A stretch of DNA of 64,000 nt, taken from Eledone cirrhosa. Taxonomy: Eukaryota. Both the position numbers and the translations under genes were made by a program. Below the pieces are notes generated by a model. It did not search any database. It saw nothing but the letters and a program-made list of their open reading frames with translations, and had not been told where the DNA came from. Where the stretch lies: NCBI GenBank assembly GCA_964016885.1, contig OZ024752.1, positions 39,680,001-39,744,000 on the forward strand, read 5' to 3'. Shown piece by piece: positions 15,171 through 29,600 of the stretch (positions are counted from its first letter, which is position 1; each line of letters opens with the position of its first letter).

Positions 15171-15482
15171 GCTTTTGATAGAAGCTGCAGACAATGGTAG
15201 TCCACCACGTAAGAGCACAGCTTTAGTAGTTGTTACTGTAAACCGAAATAACAATAATCCCCTATTTGAGCGACAGGTTTATCAAGAAACCATAAATGAA
15301 AACCAAGTTCTTGGAGCGTCTATCATCACTGTAACAGCCAAAGATAGTGATACACAGGTAACATTTCTGTTCTTTATTGTTCACATAATAGAAGCTTTCT
15401 TACACACACACACACACACAGACACACAGCTATAATTAGCCGTCGAAACAGCTTGAGCTCAGCCGTCGGGGTCTTACTTGTT

Positions 15483-15549
<67 letters not shown>

Positions 15550-17915
15550 TTATCCCTGGTTCAATCAGGTGTAACCACTGTAAGTAAGGTACTCAATACA
15601 TAGCAGAGTATAAATATTTAATGTAGAAATGGCTTCTACGGGACTAGAACGGTTTCATTCAAATGAAACAGTTCTAGTCCTGTAGAAGCCATTTCTATAT
15701 TATATATATATATGTGTGTGTGTGTGTAAAAGGTAAACAGAAATAACAATACAATCGGTACAGTATATGGAAGGAATATATTAGTTTAATACTTGAAATA
15801 GCAGGAAGAGTGTCTCAACGTATCAGACGCTAGTCTTTCATCAGAACAGAAGAATGAGAAATTAGAACGATGGAAGGGACGGGCAGGGTAGAATCAGATA
15901 AAATGTTTGTAGAGAAAAATAACAGGTCCATTTATGTTGCCATCTCTTGGAAAACTGTTGATGCTGGCGTTAAACTTAAGAAAATTAACAAAGAGATGAC
16001 AAGACAACGAATAGAAACAAGGCAAAATGAAAAACAATTTTTTAAGCGGAAACCTTAAAAACCTATTTAAAAAAAAATATATATATAAATGGACACAGAA
16101 CTCCAGGGTCATCAGCCATTGAGGTGGACTTTGGCAGTTTCAACCCCTACCAAAATTACTGCTGGTCCACCCAGGGTCACAGCATCCGACAAGTCCAGTG
16201 GAATAAGAGACAAAAGACAAAACATTAATTTATAGCAATTAAACTACAAGTACACATCGAATTTTATGTGATTTATATTTATGGCTACAGAACAATTGTT
16301 ATCTTATATAAACTGCATATAAATCATCTCTTTTCTGAATATTTTACCTCAAGTGTTTTAAGACTATTACATTTTAAAATTATTTTTATGATATTTTAAT
16401 TGTCTTTATATATTTCTATAATTAATTCATTTCACTTTTATTTTATTTACAGAGCCCCAACAACAAAATTACATATTATATTAGAAACACATTTAAATCT
16501 GACTATTTTAATATAAACCCAGTGACTGGTGATATATCTTTAATAAAGAGTATTTCTGGAGAAAATGAAAACTCCTATACAGTAAGTGGAAGTTTGTGTT
16601 CAAATATTTCTATAACAAATATAAATGACAATTATGATACCTTTGATAGGTTTTGGCAAGTATTGGCCCAGGCCATGTCTAACTTAATAGCACCACCTGA
16701 CAAAATCTTTCAGGTGATATATCTTTAATAAAGAGTATTTCTGGAGAACGTGAAAACTCCTATACAGTAAGTGGAAGTTTGTGTTCAAATATTTCTATTA
16801 CAAATATAAATGACAATTATGATACCTTTGATAGGTTTTGGCAAGTATTGGCCCAGGCCATGTCTAACTTAATAGCACCACCTGACAAAATCTTTCAGGT
16901 GATATATCTTTAATAAAGAGTATTTCTGGAGAACGTGAAAACTCCTATACAGTAAGTGGAAGTTTGTGTTCAAATATTTCTATAACAAATATAAATGACA
17001 ATTATGATACCTTTGATAGGTTTTGGCAAGTATTGGCCCAGGCCATGTCTAACTTAATAGCACCACCTGACAAAATCTTTCAGGTGATATATCTTTAATA
17101 AAGAGTATTTCTGGAGAACGTGAAAACTCCTATACAGTAAGTGGAAGTTTGTGTTCAAATATTTCTATTACAAATATAAATGGCAATTATGATACCTTTG
17201 ATAGGTTTTGGCAAGTATTGGCCCAGGCCATGTCTAACTTAATAGCACCACCTGACAAAATCTTTCAGATCATGATTCACATCTCAGTCATAGTTTGGAT
17301 GACTCTAGTAAAGAGTGATTTTCGAAGATATATCCATATGTAGGGATTACTTGGAGGAATTTATTCAGGAAACTTTTCAATATTATGGAATCTGTTTCTG
17401 TCTTGGTATATTTCAGTATGATATTAAAGAGGGTGGAAGTGAAGTAGTTGTGTCATATCATTGCTTTGAGATCCAAGTTTGATTGTAATGGGCAGATAAC
17501 ATGGTGACCAAGCCTTGGGTGGATTTTAAAGGTGATGCCAAAGCCGTTTAGGCAATGTTGTTGGAATATTTTCCATCATCATACAGATGATGTAATGCTC
17601 AGTATTGGAGAAAGTAGAGTTTTAGTTTTTCTAGTCAGCTCCAATAATCAAAGCCTGTCATATATTTTGATTAGAAAATACAAAGTTTGGCAGATACTGT
17701 TCTCATAAATCCTACCTTTTAGGATATTAGATATTGATATAAAAATAATTTGGCACAAATGAATTGTTGGTTGTGATATCAATACAAAAAAGATATTGTT
17801 GAACCTTAAATATTTTATTTTAATTCATAAAAAAATTAGTTATATAGATATAAAAAAAATTATATACATATATAATATTGATTAATATTGATTAAATAGC
17901 CTCTGGCACTCCCCC

Positions 17916-17947
<32 letters not shown>

Positions 17948-17956
17948 AATATATAA

Positions 17957-18018
<62 letters not shown>

Positions 18019-18422
18019 AGATCAAAAGATGGTTAAAGGAGGTCAATATATTTTATTATGCGCATTTCAAAAACAAACATCATCAAACAATAATATTTGT
18101 GTTTTCATCAGATAAAACAGGAGAACATGATATGAAGGCTAAAAAAACACTTGTTGATAGTGCAGTTTTAAATCAACATATCAACTGCACTATCAACAAG
18201 TGTTTTTTTAGCCTTCATATCATGTTCTCCTGTTTTATCTGATGAAAACACAAATATTATTGTTTGATGATGTTTGTTTTTGAAATGCGCATAATAAAAT
18301 ATATTGAACTCCTTTAACCATCTTTTGATCTTATATTATGCATACTCCAGTCCCACAAACTGTAGAGTGCTTCTTATCTGATATCTGCATTGCTTTATTG
18401 TACTACAATAAAACTCACCTCC

Positions 18423-18460
<38 letters not shown>

Positions 18461-21400
18461 CATACAGTGTGTTCACTTTTTACGTGAAGATGTAGTCATG
18501 AATGTAGCGTGTAAAGCAAATTTGCGTAATTCAAGTTGCGTCACATATTTATGATAAATAAAGAAATAAAAAAACTTCACGCATTATAGTGCGTTAATCG
18601 CGCAAAGTGAATGTTTGATAATATTTTTTCAAGACACATTAAAGCGAATTCGCGTACTTCAAGTTCTCGTAAAAAGCGAACACACTGTATATAGTTTAAT
18701 GGGTTGTAACTTTATGCTACTATTGATTCACCAGTTTGAGCTCTTGTTGCATATGCAGGACTGGTTTAGTATGTAGTGTGGCACATTCGGTGTTATACTA
18801 TGGTTAGTCTCCTTCATAAGCAGAGTATAACTAATAATAATAATTGTTTCTACTTTTGGCACAAGGCCAGCAATTACCCAGTGCATTACTGGTACTTTAT
18901 TTTATCAACCCCGTAAGGATGAAAGGCAAAGTTAACCTCGGCGGGAATTGAACTCAGAATGTCAAGGGCCGTAACTCTATGCATCAAAGCATGGTGTTCG
19001 ACCCTCTACCGATACTGCCAAAATAATAATGCTTTCTTTATTAGCCACAAGGGTTGACATAAAGTATATATTAAGGACAGCACAGGACGGTACAAATGAG
19101 CATTTCTGTGTGTAAAGAAAACAAAAAACAATAACAAAGGAAGTAACAAAAAATGAAACAAAAGAAAATTCCCCAATACGAGGGGACCTCCGACAGTCAC
19201 TCGTAGAGAAAGCCCACAAAAAGCCTCGGTGACCCTGACCACCATGGCAAGTGCCCTCTCCCAGTTTTTCATCTCCAATCTACAGGCGCATACTCAGAGC
19301 AGGCCCATTCACTCAGGCCATGCTCACTTCTCTCCCCTTCTTTCATCAAATTGCTGGTACGAGGTGCGAAAGTATCATCATTATATTTATTTATGTGTGA
19401 CAATCATTTCAAGATCGATACAGATCTTACCATGATCTGATCAATCATAAAATGCATGTCGCACATCAATAAATATTATGATATTAGGACAGCTCATTCC
19501 TACTCATTCGGTGGATTGGCAGAGGGCGGTGGATTGGCAGTATCGGTAGAGGGTCGTAACTATGCTTTCCAGCATAGTTACATCCCTTTACGATCTGAGT
19601 TCAAATCCCGCCGAGGTTGACTTTGCCTTTCATCCTTACGGGGTCGATAAAATAAAGTACCAGTAATGCACTGGGTAATTGCTGGCCTTGTGCCTAAAGT
19701 AGAAACAATTATTTATTTAATCCCGCCGAGGTTAACTTTGCCTTTCATCCTTATGGGGTCGATAAAATAAAGTACCAGTAATGCACTGGGTAATTGCTGG
19801 CCTTGTGCCTAAAGTAGAAACAATTATTTATTTAATCCCGCCGAGGTTGACTTTGCCTTTCATCCTTACGGGGTCGATAAAATAAAGTACCAGTAATGCA
19901 GTGGGTAATTGCTGGCCTTGTGCCTAAAGTAGAAACAATTATTTATTTAATCCCGCCGAGGTTAACTTTGCCTTTCATCCTTATGGGGTCGATAAAATAA
20001 AGTACCAGTAATCTACTGGGTAATTGCTGGCCTTGTCCCAAAAGTAGAAATAATTATAATATATAAAGGGTGGTGGATTGGCAGTATCGGTAAGGGTCGG
20101 ACGCCATGCTTTGAAGCATAGATTTACCTCCCTTTATGATCTGAGTTCAAATCCCGCCGAGGTTAACTTTGCCTTTTATCGTTACGGGGTCGATAAAATA
20201 AAATACCAGTAATACACTGGGTAATTGCTGGCCTTGTGCCTAAAGTAGAAACAATTATAATATATAAAGGGTGGTGGATTGGCAGTATCAGTAGAGCATT
20301 GGACGTCATGCTTAGCAGCATAGAGTTATGCCCATTTACAGTCTGAGTTCACCCCCTGCACCAGGGTTGATAAAATAAAGCACCAGTAATGCAATGGGGT
20401 AATTGCTGGCCTTGTGCCAAAAGTAGAAACAATTATTTTATATATATATGTGTGTGTGTGTATGGTGTGTGTATGTGTGTGTATATATGTGTGTGTGTAT
20501 ATGTGTGTGTATATGTGTGTGTGTATATGTGTGTGTGTGTATATATGTATGCATGTGTATATGTATAATTTTAGATCATTGGCAGCGCTGTTAGTTGCTA
20601 TTGTGTGTGTGTGTGTGTATGTGTGTGTGTGTTGTATATATATATATGTGTGTGTATATTATTATTGTTGTTGTTGTTGTTGTTGTTATTATTATTATTA
20701 TTATTATGGTTTTTTTTTTTTTGATTTTTCTCGTGCAATGGCCATACTCGATAATGAGGGGCAGCCATCACATATATATATATATAAATTAGGATTGTTA
20801 TACTTGGGGAGGGTCATATTTGTGTAATATTGCCAGAATTAATAACAGAACACACTCACTGTTTCGTTGGTTTTCGCTTCTCGCTTCTGTGTCTTTTATA
20901 TCGGTAATCTAACTTACTCGGTCCTCAATGTTGCCATTGACTGACCGACGGTCTACACCCAAAATGAGGGAGCAGCCACCGGCGCCAGCACAGCCGGTGA
21001 TGCTGCCAACCCCTTCATGGTATGGTGGGATTGGTGCTCTGAAATAGCGATGTATACATGAATGTATTGGTACAAAATTGAATGTATTTTTTTTAAATCT
21101 TTTAATTTCAGCTTAAAATTTATGCTCAAGATCAAGGAGAGTCACCACGGACTTCTACTGTTGATGCCACAGTTACAATTACTGTCCAGAGAAATAAGTT
21201 TGCACCAGCTTTTCAGTTGACAAGCACCGTAGTAACTATCAATTCAAATAAGAATATAAATGAACGTATCACTAAAGTAACTGCAACTGATGCTGACACT
21301 TCTGTACGTGTAGAAGGTTTTTCCTTTCTATTTTTCTGAATTTTCTTCTGCATTTTACAATTTGGAAAATATTATGACATTTTGAGTTATCCCATTTGTA

Positions 21401-23807
21401 TCATTTTTATGTCTACTTCTCAATGTTGGTATGGTTTTGTTGGATCTATAAAACAGCAACCTGTGAGCAGCAGAGAGAGTATCAGGGTTAGATATTCACA
21501 GGAGCATTATGCCCTGTGCTGGTTCTGTTTTCTTCTTCTTTCTTTGGCCAAATTTACGCTCGCAAAGATTCAGCACGCCTCCTCCAATTGTCCCGGTCGA
21601 GTATGACATTTCTCAGTTCATCGATGTTATCAATGTTGGCATCTCTCAGCAGGGTATCAATGAATGAGACGGCCTGTCTTCCCACGCTTCTTCGTCCGAC
21701 CGCCGGTTTCCAGAGCACAAGTTGTGATGCTGTCTCTCCTGGATGATGGATGCAGTGCCCAGCCAGTTTCATGCGTCGACAGGCAACTTTTTTTGAGACT
21801 GGTGGTAGTGATCTGTATAGTTCTAACCACTAAGCCATGTGCCTATCATATAATAATTGTTTTGACTTTTGGGACAAGGCCAGCAATTACCCAGTGCAAT
21901 ACTGGTACTTTATTTTATTGACCCTGTAAGGATGAAAGGCAAAGTCAACCTCGACGGGATTTGAACTCAGACCGTAAAGGGATGTAACTATGCTGGAAAG
22001 CATGGTGTCCGACCCTCTACCAATACGATACATTATTCATATCAAAATCATATTTTCAGTCATATTTTGTTTAAAACTGATGGATGTTTTAACATGGATC
22101 TACTGAACTTCTAGGTGAAATTTTGTGTAGATAACACATTAAAAAAGCACCCGGCCCATATTGTAAAGTGGTTGTGTAGATAACACAACAAAAAGTACCC
22201 AGTCCACATTGTAAAGTGATCATGTAGATGTCACAACAAAAAGCACTCAGCACACACTGTAAATGTGGTTGATGTTATGTAAGGCATCCAGCCATAGAAA
22301 CCAAGCCAAAAACCAGTCCTATATGAGCAAGACATGGTCATCAGACCTGGCTTTTCTCACAATGAAACAACCCACCTAATCCATGCTAGTGTGCACAAAT
22401 AGACATTAAATAGTGATGATGATAGTGGAGCATTTCATAATTTACAAGTGTGATGCAAATTTACAGTATTGAGCTAAAGTTTTACCTGAAGAGAGCAACA
22501 GGATGTTATGCCATTATATGATCTCTTGATATACAATCATCATCATTTCATCATTTCATTTTACGTCCGCTTTTTCCCTGCTTGCAAGGGTGGGACGGGA
22601 ACTGATTTTGGCTTGATTTCTACAGCTGGATGCCCTTCCTAACACCAACCTCATTTACAATGAGTGCTGGGTGCTTTTTTGCCGTGGCACCTCCACGACC
22701 ACTTTGCAGTGGAATGATAGGGACCCCAGTCCCTATCATCTCATTTCTACAGCTGAGTAAACTGGAGCAATGTGAAATAAAGTGACTTGCTCAAGGAAAC
22801 AACACATCACCCGGTCTGAGAATTGAACTCACAACCTTTCGAGTGCAAGGCCAATGCTCTAACCACTAAGCCATGTGCCTCCATATGAAGATAAAAGTCT
22901 TCATTAGTACCCCAACAATCCTATAGTTTAAATGGTATTTCTTAAATGTTGATAATTTCTTTAGAGATTGTCAAATCACTCTGGTAAGTTCAAGAGAAAA
23001 TGAGTTTCTTTGCATTGTCTAATCTTCGTAACTAAGATAAGCATTAGTCTCACAACAGTTGCAGATGTAAGAGGAAAATCACCTGACAGTAAACTCTATT
23101 GTTTCAACAATTTATAAGTATCTAAATTTGTAAGAAAATACTAAAATAAAAAGAACATCTCACTCATGCTTTCATGGAAAATTGGCTGGAGGTGCTCCAG
23201 CATTGCCACAGTTTAATAACTGAAATCAGTAAAAAATAAAAAAAGATAATAATAAAAAAAATACATATTAAACATATAAATAGCAAAGAAAATTAACCAT
23301 TTCTAGGAAAAGAAATATGACAAAATATTGGACCGCTTATAATTCTTTTTAAACCTGATTTTTACTTAAACTTATTTAATAATGCAAGTTTTGTCTAATT
23401 CTATTTTCAGAGTCCATTTAATGTTGTCACTCTCAATATTGAAGGAGACAATACTGCAAAGCAATATTTTACTATCAATGCTCAAACTGGAGAAATAACT
23501 TTAAAACAATCAGTTGCAGCAGCCTCAAATAGTACCTACCAAGTAAGAAAGTCAAAATGATTTGTAAATCTTGATATCTATATAAATGTTGTATGTGTAA
23601 CTATATATATATGAAAGTCAATACACTCACACACATATATATATATATATGTATATATATATATGTATATATATATATGTGTATGCAAAAGGCAACTAGA
23701 AATAGCAAAGCAAACAACGCAGTACAATGAAGAAATATATTATTAGTTTTATACTTGATATTGTTGAAAGAGAGTCTTAACATTATATATATATATATAT
23801 GTATATG

Positions 23808-23853
<46 letters not shown>

Positions 23854-23860
23854 TATATAC

Positions 23861-23934
<74 letters not shown>

Positions 23935-24494
23935 AAGTTAAATAAAAGTCAAATGATTAAAATTTAGCTTCGTTTATTACTGCTATATATATTTCAGTGA
24001 CAGCCATCTTTGGCTGTGACCTCTTCAGGCAGTTTGAATTAGTATGGTATAGACAAGTACATATGTTTGTTAGGTGTATGATATTGTCAATACTCTGATA
24101 TGCCCAGCTCCTTGCTGGGTTGTTAATTCACAGTGAATTAACAACCCAGCAAGGAGCTGGGCATATCAGAGTATTGACAATATCATACACCTAAACAACA
24201 TATGTACTTGTCTATACCATACTAATTCAAACTGCCTGAAGAGGTCACAGCCAAAGATGGCTGTCACTGAAATATATATAGCAGTAATAAACGAAGCTAA
24301 ATTTTAATCATTTGACTTTTATTTAACTTTATTTTACACTACTCCGGAGTAACCAAACCAACCTGCGCACTTCGTCGAGTGCTCCAGCCTGCATACTGAG
24401 GTGTTGGTATACAACCAACATAAACTCAAAATCTATATATATATATATATATATATACATATATATATACATATATATATAGTAATAATAATAA

Positions 24495-24525
<31 letters not shown>

Positions 24526-24584
24526 TATATACATATATATATAGTAATAATAATAAATATACATATATATATATATATACATAC

Positions 24585-24617
<33 letters not shown>

Positions 24618-24662
24618 CATACATATATATATATATATACATACATATATATATATACATAC

Positions 24663-24695
<33 letters not shown>

Positions 24696-24702
24696 CACAT
24701 AC

Positions 24703-24745
<43 letters not shown>

Positions 24746-25006
24746 TATATACATATATATTACACAAAGAGACGTGTGTTACACAGTGAGATGTGTGTAA
24801 AGAATTATTACAAGTGAGTTTTACCGTTACTGTATGGAGAACAATATCTACAGGTTTAGCAATTAAATAGAAAAAACCAAGTCAGAATCAAATCTCTGAA
24901 TTAGAGTTTTAAATTACCAACCTTATAAACACATATATATATATCCATATATATATATATATATATATTTATACACACACATATATATATACATATATAT
25001 ATATAT

Positions 25007-25060
<54 letters not shown>

Positions 25061-26109
25061 GAAAATAAAACAAAGAAGCCTTCAATACATCAAAAGTCTT
25101 TATTAGCCAACAATGTTTTGTCCTATTAAGGACTCATCAGGGCAATTAAAACTACAAGAAGCACTATCGGCCAATACAAGCCGAAAACTCAGAAGAATAT
25201 GGAGTGTACATACACTAAAGTATTGGAAGATTATGGGTAAAAATATATAATAAAAATCACTAAGGAGGTGGATAACATTTTGAACCATATTACAAATATA
25301 GTCCAAAGCAAAAAACTAGAGCTAAACAAAGGTGGTTATATAGAGTGGGAATTATAGTACTATATGTAATACAATATAATATAATATAATATACTTGTAA
25401 CAATATTAAAATTAAAATTAAAAGGCACAATATACATATGTATATATATACACACACGTACGCACATATACATATACATCAATACACATTTCCATCATTA
25501 ACAGCACAAATTAAACCTTATTAAGAGTTTAAATATAAATAAGCATAATAGGAATAAAAATAAAAATAATACATATATATAATATACAGTATAACATGAA
25601 GTAATGAAATGATTAAAAGTAAAACATATAATATATAATAAACTATATAATTATATAATATATAATATAATATAATAGATAATCTCCGGTTAATTTACAC
25701 AAACAATATAGATGTCACAATAACACTATAATAATAATATAATAATATATAATGGCATGTAAGTTAACAAATCAATTCATATAGAGTTACAGAGCAGGTG
25801 AGAAAAAAATATATATTGTACAATACCAAAATTATGATGGTACAAAAATATAAACATCTTACAGAATATATAAAATTTAACATATCATAATGGTACAAAA
25901 AAACCATCGGTAAGTAATAAAGATCAATAGTACATTTACAAAGAGTTGAATAACAACTTCAATATAAAATAATGAACATAATATAATATATAATTACTTA
26001 TAATTACAAGGTTGGTAAACGGACACATATGTGAATGAGTGAATAAAGGCCAGACAGAAAATACTATGCACAGTAGTATTAATAAATAAATAAATAAAAT
26101 CGACCGGAA

Positions 26110-26191
<82 letters not shown>

Positions 26192-26339
26192 GGAACGAGT
26201 AGGACCCCGAATTAGCCGTCGAAACGGCTTGAGCTCAGCCGTCGGGGTCCTACTCGTTCCTATTACCCACTCTAGTACCCTAAGTATTGAGTACTTTGGT
26301 GCGTTATGGTCCACCTGGTTCCTTACCACATTTCCTTTG

Positions 26340-26376
<37 letters not shown>

Positions 26377-26587
26377 GTAGTTTAGAAAGCCACAACAATG
26401 CAGATGGGAAATCTCGAGGTAGGAAGTGAGTGAGAAATAGGAGAAAAGTGAAAATTGAGAGAAACGAAAATGAAAACAAAACAAAGGTAGAAGGGTTACC
26501 GTAGTGGAGATTTAATCCCAATATTTCGGGCTCACGCCCATCAAATTTACACATTTCACAATGCTTCAAGCAAACTTTAACACCCTC

Positions 26588-26619
<32 letters not shown>

Positions 26620-29600
26620 CATATATCATTGTGTTTGTGATCTATAAAATAAATCTACCAAGTTCAGTCTGTAAAGTGGTTGGTAATCTGCCAAAGAAAG
26701 GGTTGGAAAGACTTTTCAGTTATATCAAAGATATAACAACATCCCTAGAGCTGGAGTTACATTAAAGTGCCCCGGGTACATTATTTAGTTTAGAAATCTT
26801 TATAGAACAAAAGATATTTTATAAAAGATGATAGTTCATAAATGTTCTAGATTTTCAAAAGTTTACAATTTGAAACTTACTGCAAGTACATATTAGAGAA
26901 ACAGTAGTTTATTTGTTATTCTTTGGGAGGGTCATGTTGCCAATAAGAAACACACGCACCAGTTGCTTTCACTTCAATTTATTATAAATTAAATTTATAA
27001 ATTTAGGAATTTATAAATTTCCGGTTGGTTGGTTGGTTCCGCAACCAGATGATTGTTCATATATTGTCAAAGTTCTTTCGTCACACATTCTGTGACCTCT
27101 TCAGTGATATGTTATACCTCCCAGTGATATGTTATACCTCCCAAAGTATAACAATATCGGTTTCAACACACGTTTTCAGATAAAGAATCTTGCTAAACAA
27201 ATTCAGAAACGAAGTAGTTTATTTACCTATTAAAAAAGTGAAAACTATATCTCAAAACAACTAAGCAAGTGTGCTCCAGTTGTTCAAACAACAGAACAGC
27301 CTGCTTATGAAATTAACATGCAAGTGGCTGAGCATTCCACAGACATGTGCCATTAACATAGTTCTCAAGGATATCCTGTGTGACCTGACTTGGTCTGTGA
27401 CAACTCATCCAACCCTTGCTAATGGGGTAAATGACTGTTAAATGGTGATGGTGATGGCAATAACAATGATGATGATGATGATGATGATGATGATGGTGAT
27501 TGAGATGATAATGATTATGATAATGATGATTGTTCTCTTTTGTGCCTCCTCTTCTTTCTGCTCTTAAACCTCTACTCCATCTTGTCTTTTGTTTTGTGGT
27601 GTGATGGAGTATTTTTTAAAATTGTGATCCTATGAGGATTAGCTGAAAATATCATAGGTTGGCCATGATACTCTCCTGGAATGACCAAATGAGGTTTATT
27701 TTTCAACATAGTCCCTGGAAAAAAAACAGTACAGTTATTGATAAGAAAAATTGAAATTAATGCATACAAGATTTCACAGCTCTAACATCACTCCTTCATA
27801 GGCTGGCCAAGATATTCTCCTGGAATGACCAAACTAGGTTTATTTTTCAACATAGTCCCTGGAAAAAAAACAGTACAGTTATTGATAAGAAAAATTGAAA
27901 TTAATGCATACAAGATTTCACAGCTCTAACATCACTCCTTCATAGGCTGGCCAAGATATTCTCCTGGAATGACCAAACTAGGTTTATTTTTCAACATAGT
28001 CCCTGGAAAAAAAACAGTACAGTTATTGATAAGAAAAATTGAAATTAATGCATACAAGATTTCACAGCTCTAACATCACTCCTTCATAGGCTGGCCAAGA
28101 TATTCTCCTGGAATGACCAAACTAGGTTTATTTTTCAACATAGTCCCTGGAAAAAAAACAGTACAGTTATTGATAAGAAAAATTGAAATTAATGCATACA
28201 AGATTTCACAGCTCTAACATCACTCCTTCATAGGCTGGCCAAGATATTCTCCTGGAATGACCAAACTAGGTTTATTTTTCAACATAGTCCCTGGAAAAAA
28301 AACAGTACAGTTATTGATAAGAAAAATTGAAATTAATGCATACAAGATTTCACAGCTCTAATCACTCTTTCATAGTCAGCCTATGAACTTTTCAGCCAAA
28401 ATTCATAATCTTAACATATTTCTTTTTTATTGTTAGTTATCTTTTTTATCATTCATCTTCCTCAATTAACCTATAATATCTTATTTGTTTATGTTTTTAT
28501 TTTTAGATTTTTGTCAAAGCGACTGATGGAGGGATACCTCCTAAAACTGCATTTGCCTCAGTAACTGTTATAGTATCTAGAAATCTATATGCTCCTGTCA
28601 TCATTTCTAAAAGCCCTTCTCCAATATGCATAAAAGAAAGCACCAGTCTTAGCAAATCTCTTTATCAAGTTAGAGCAACAGATGCAGACAATGTGGTAAG
28701 TTATTTAGCTGAGTTATAAAAATATATATCAAAATTTGACTTTTTGGTGCTAAAATAGATAAATTATTGACACTAGTAGTTAGGGTGCTTGACTTATCCT
28801 CATAATGTTCATTTCCTGGGCCAGGTGTTGCATTGTGTTCTTGAACAAAACACCTTCAATTAATGTTGCTCCAGTTTACTCAGATGACAATGAGTACCGA
28901 TAGTATGAAGGGATTAGCCCTTTAACATTTAAACCGTCCATATTCGGCCAGAATTCTCTAATCTCTTACTGTTCAAACTGGCTGTGACTGGCTGCTCATA
29001 CTGACATTAAGGTATTGTTCTCAAATTAAATAACATGAAAATCTCATAGATTCAAAAACATGTGAGATAATTATGTGAAGTAAAGCCTTTACCACAAAAA
29101 TACAATAGTATATATAGTATATATAGTATATATAGTATATATAGTATATATAGTATATATGGAGTAATGTAAATACAATAGTATATATAGTATATATAGT
29201 ATATATACTATATATTCTATATATACTATACACCGACATCCAGAGTTGACATTGCACTCAGTGCTCCTTTGGGAGCCCCTACATGGACACACTAGAAGAG
29301 GAAGACCAAGGTTAACGTATGTTGATGCCCTAAGGACAGACACTGGTCTGTTGGAGACGCAGGACATGGCAGCTATAATGAGGGACAGAGACCGCTGGAG
29401 AGAACTCGTCCATGGATCTCGGGAATTTTACCCGCCTTAGATAGATAGATAGATATATAGAGTAATGTAAATACAATAGTATATATAGTATATATAGTAT
29501 ATATAGAATAATGTAAATACAATAGTATATATAGTATATATAGTATATATAGTATATATAGAATAATGTAAATACAATAGTATATATAGTATATATAGTA

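Noticed and set aside
14144-15208. 354-aa ORF as an antisense gene overlapping exon 6
   Set aside because: The N-terminus is a chance read-through of exon 6 antisense and (TAA)n; the remainder is a truncated R4-like ORF
19524-19620. tRNA-like A/B boxes
   Set aside because: SINE heads continuing into SINE body sequence; no complete cloverleaf
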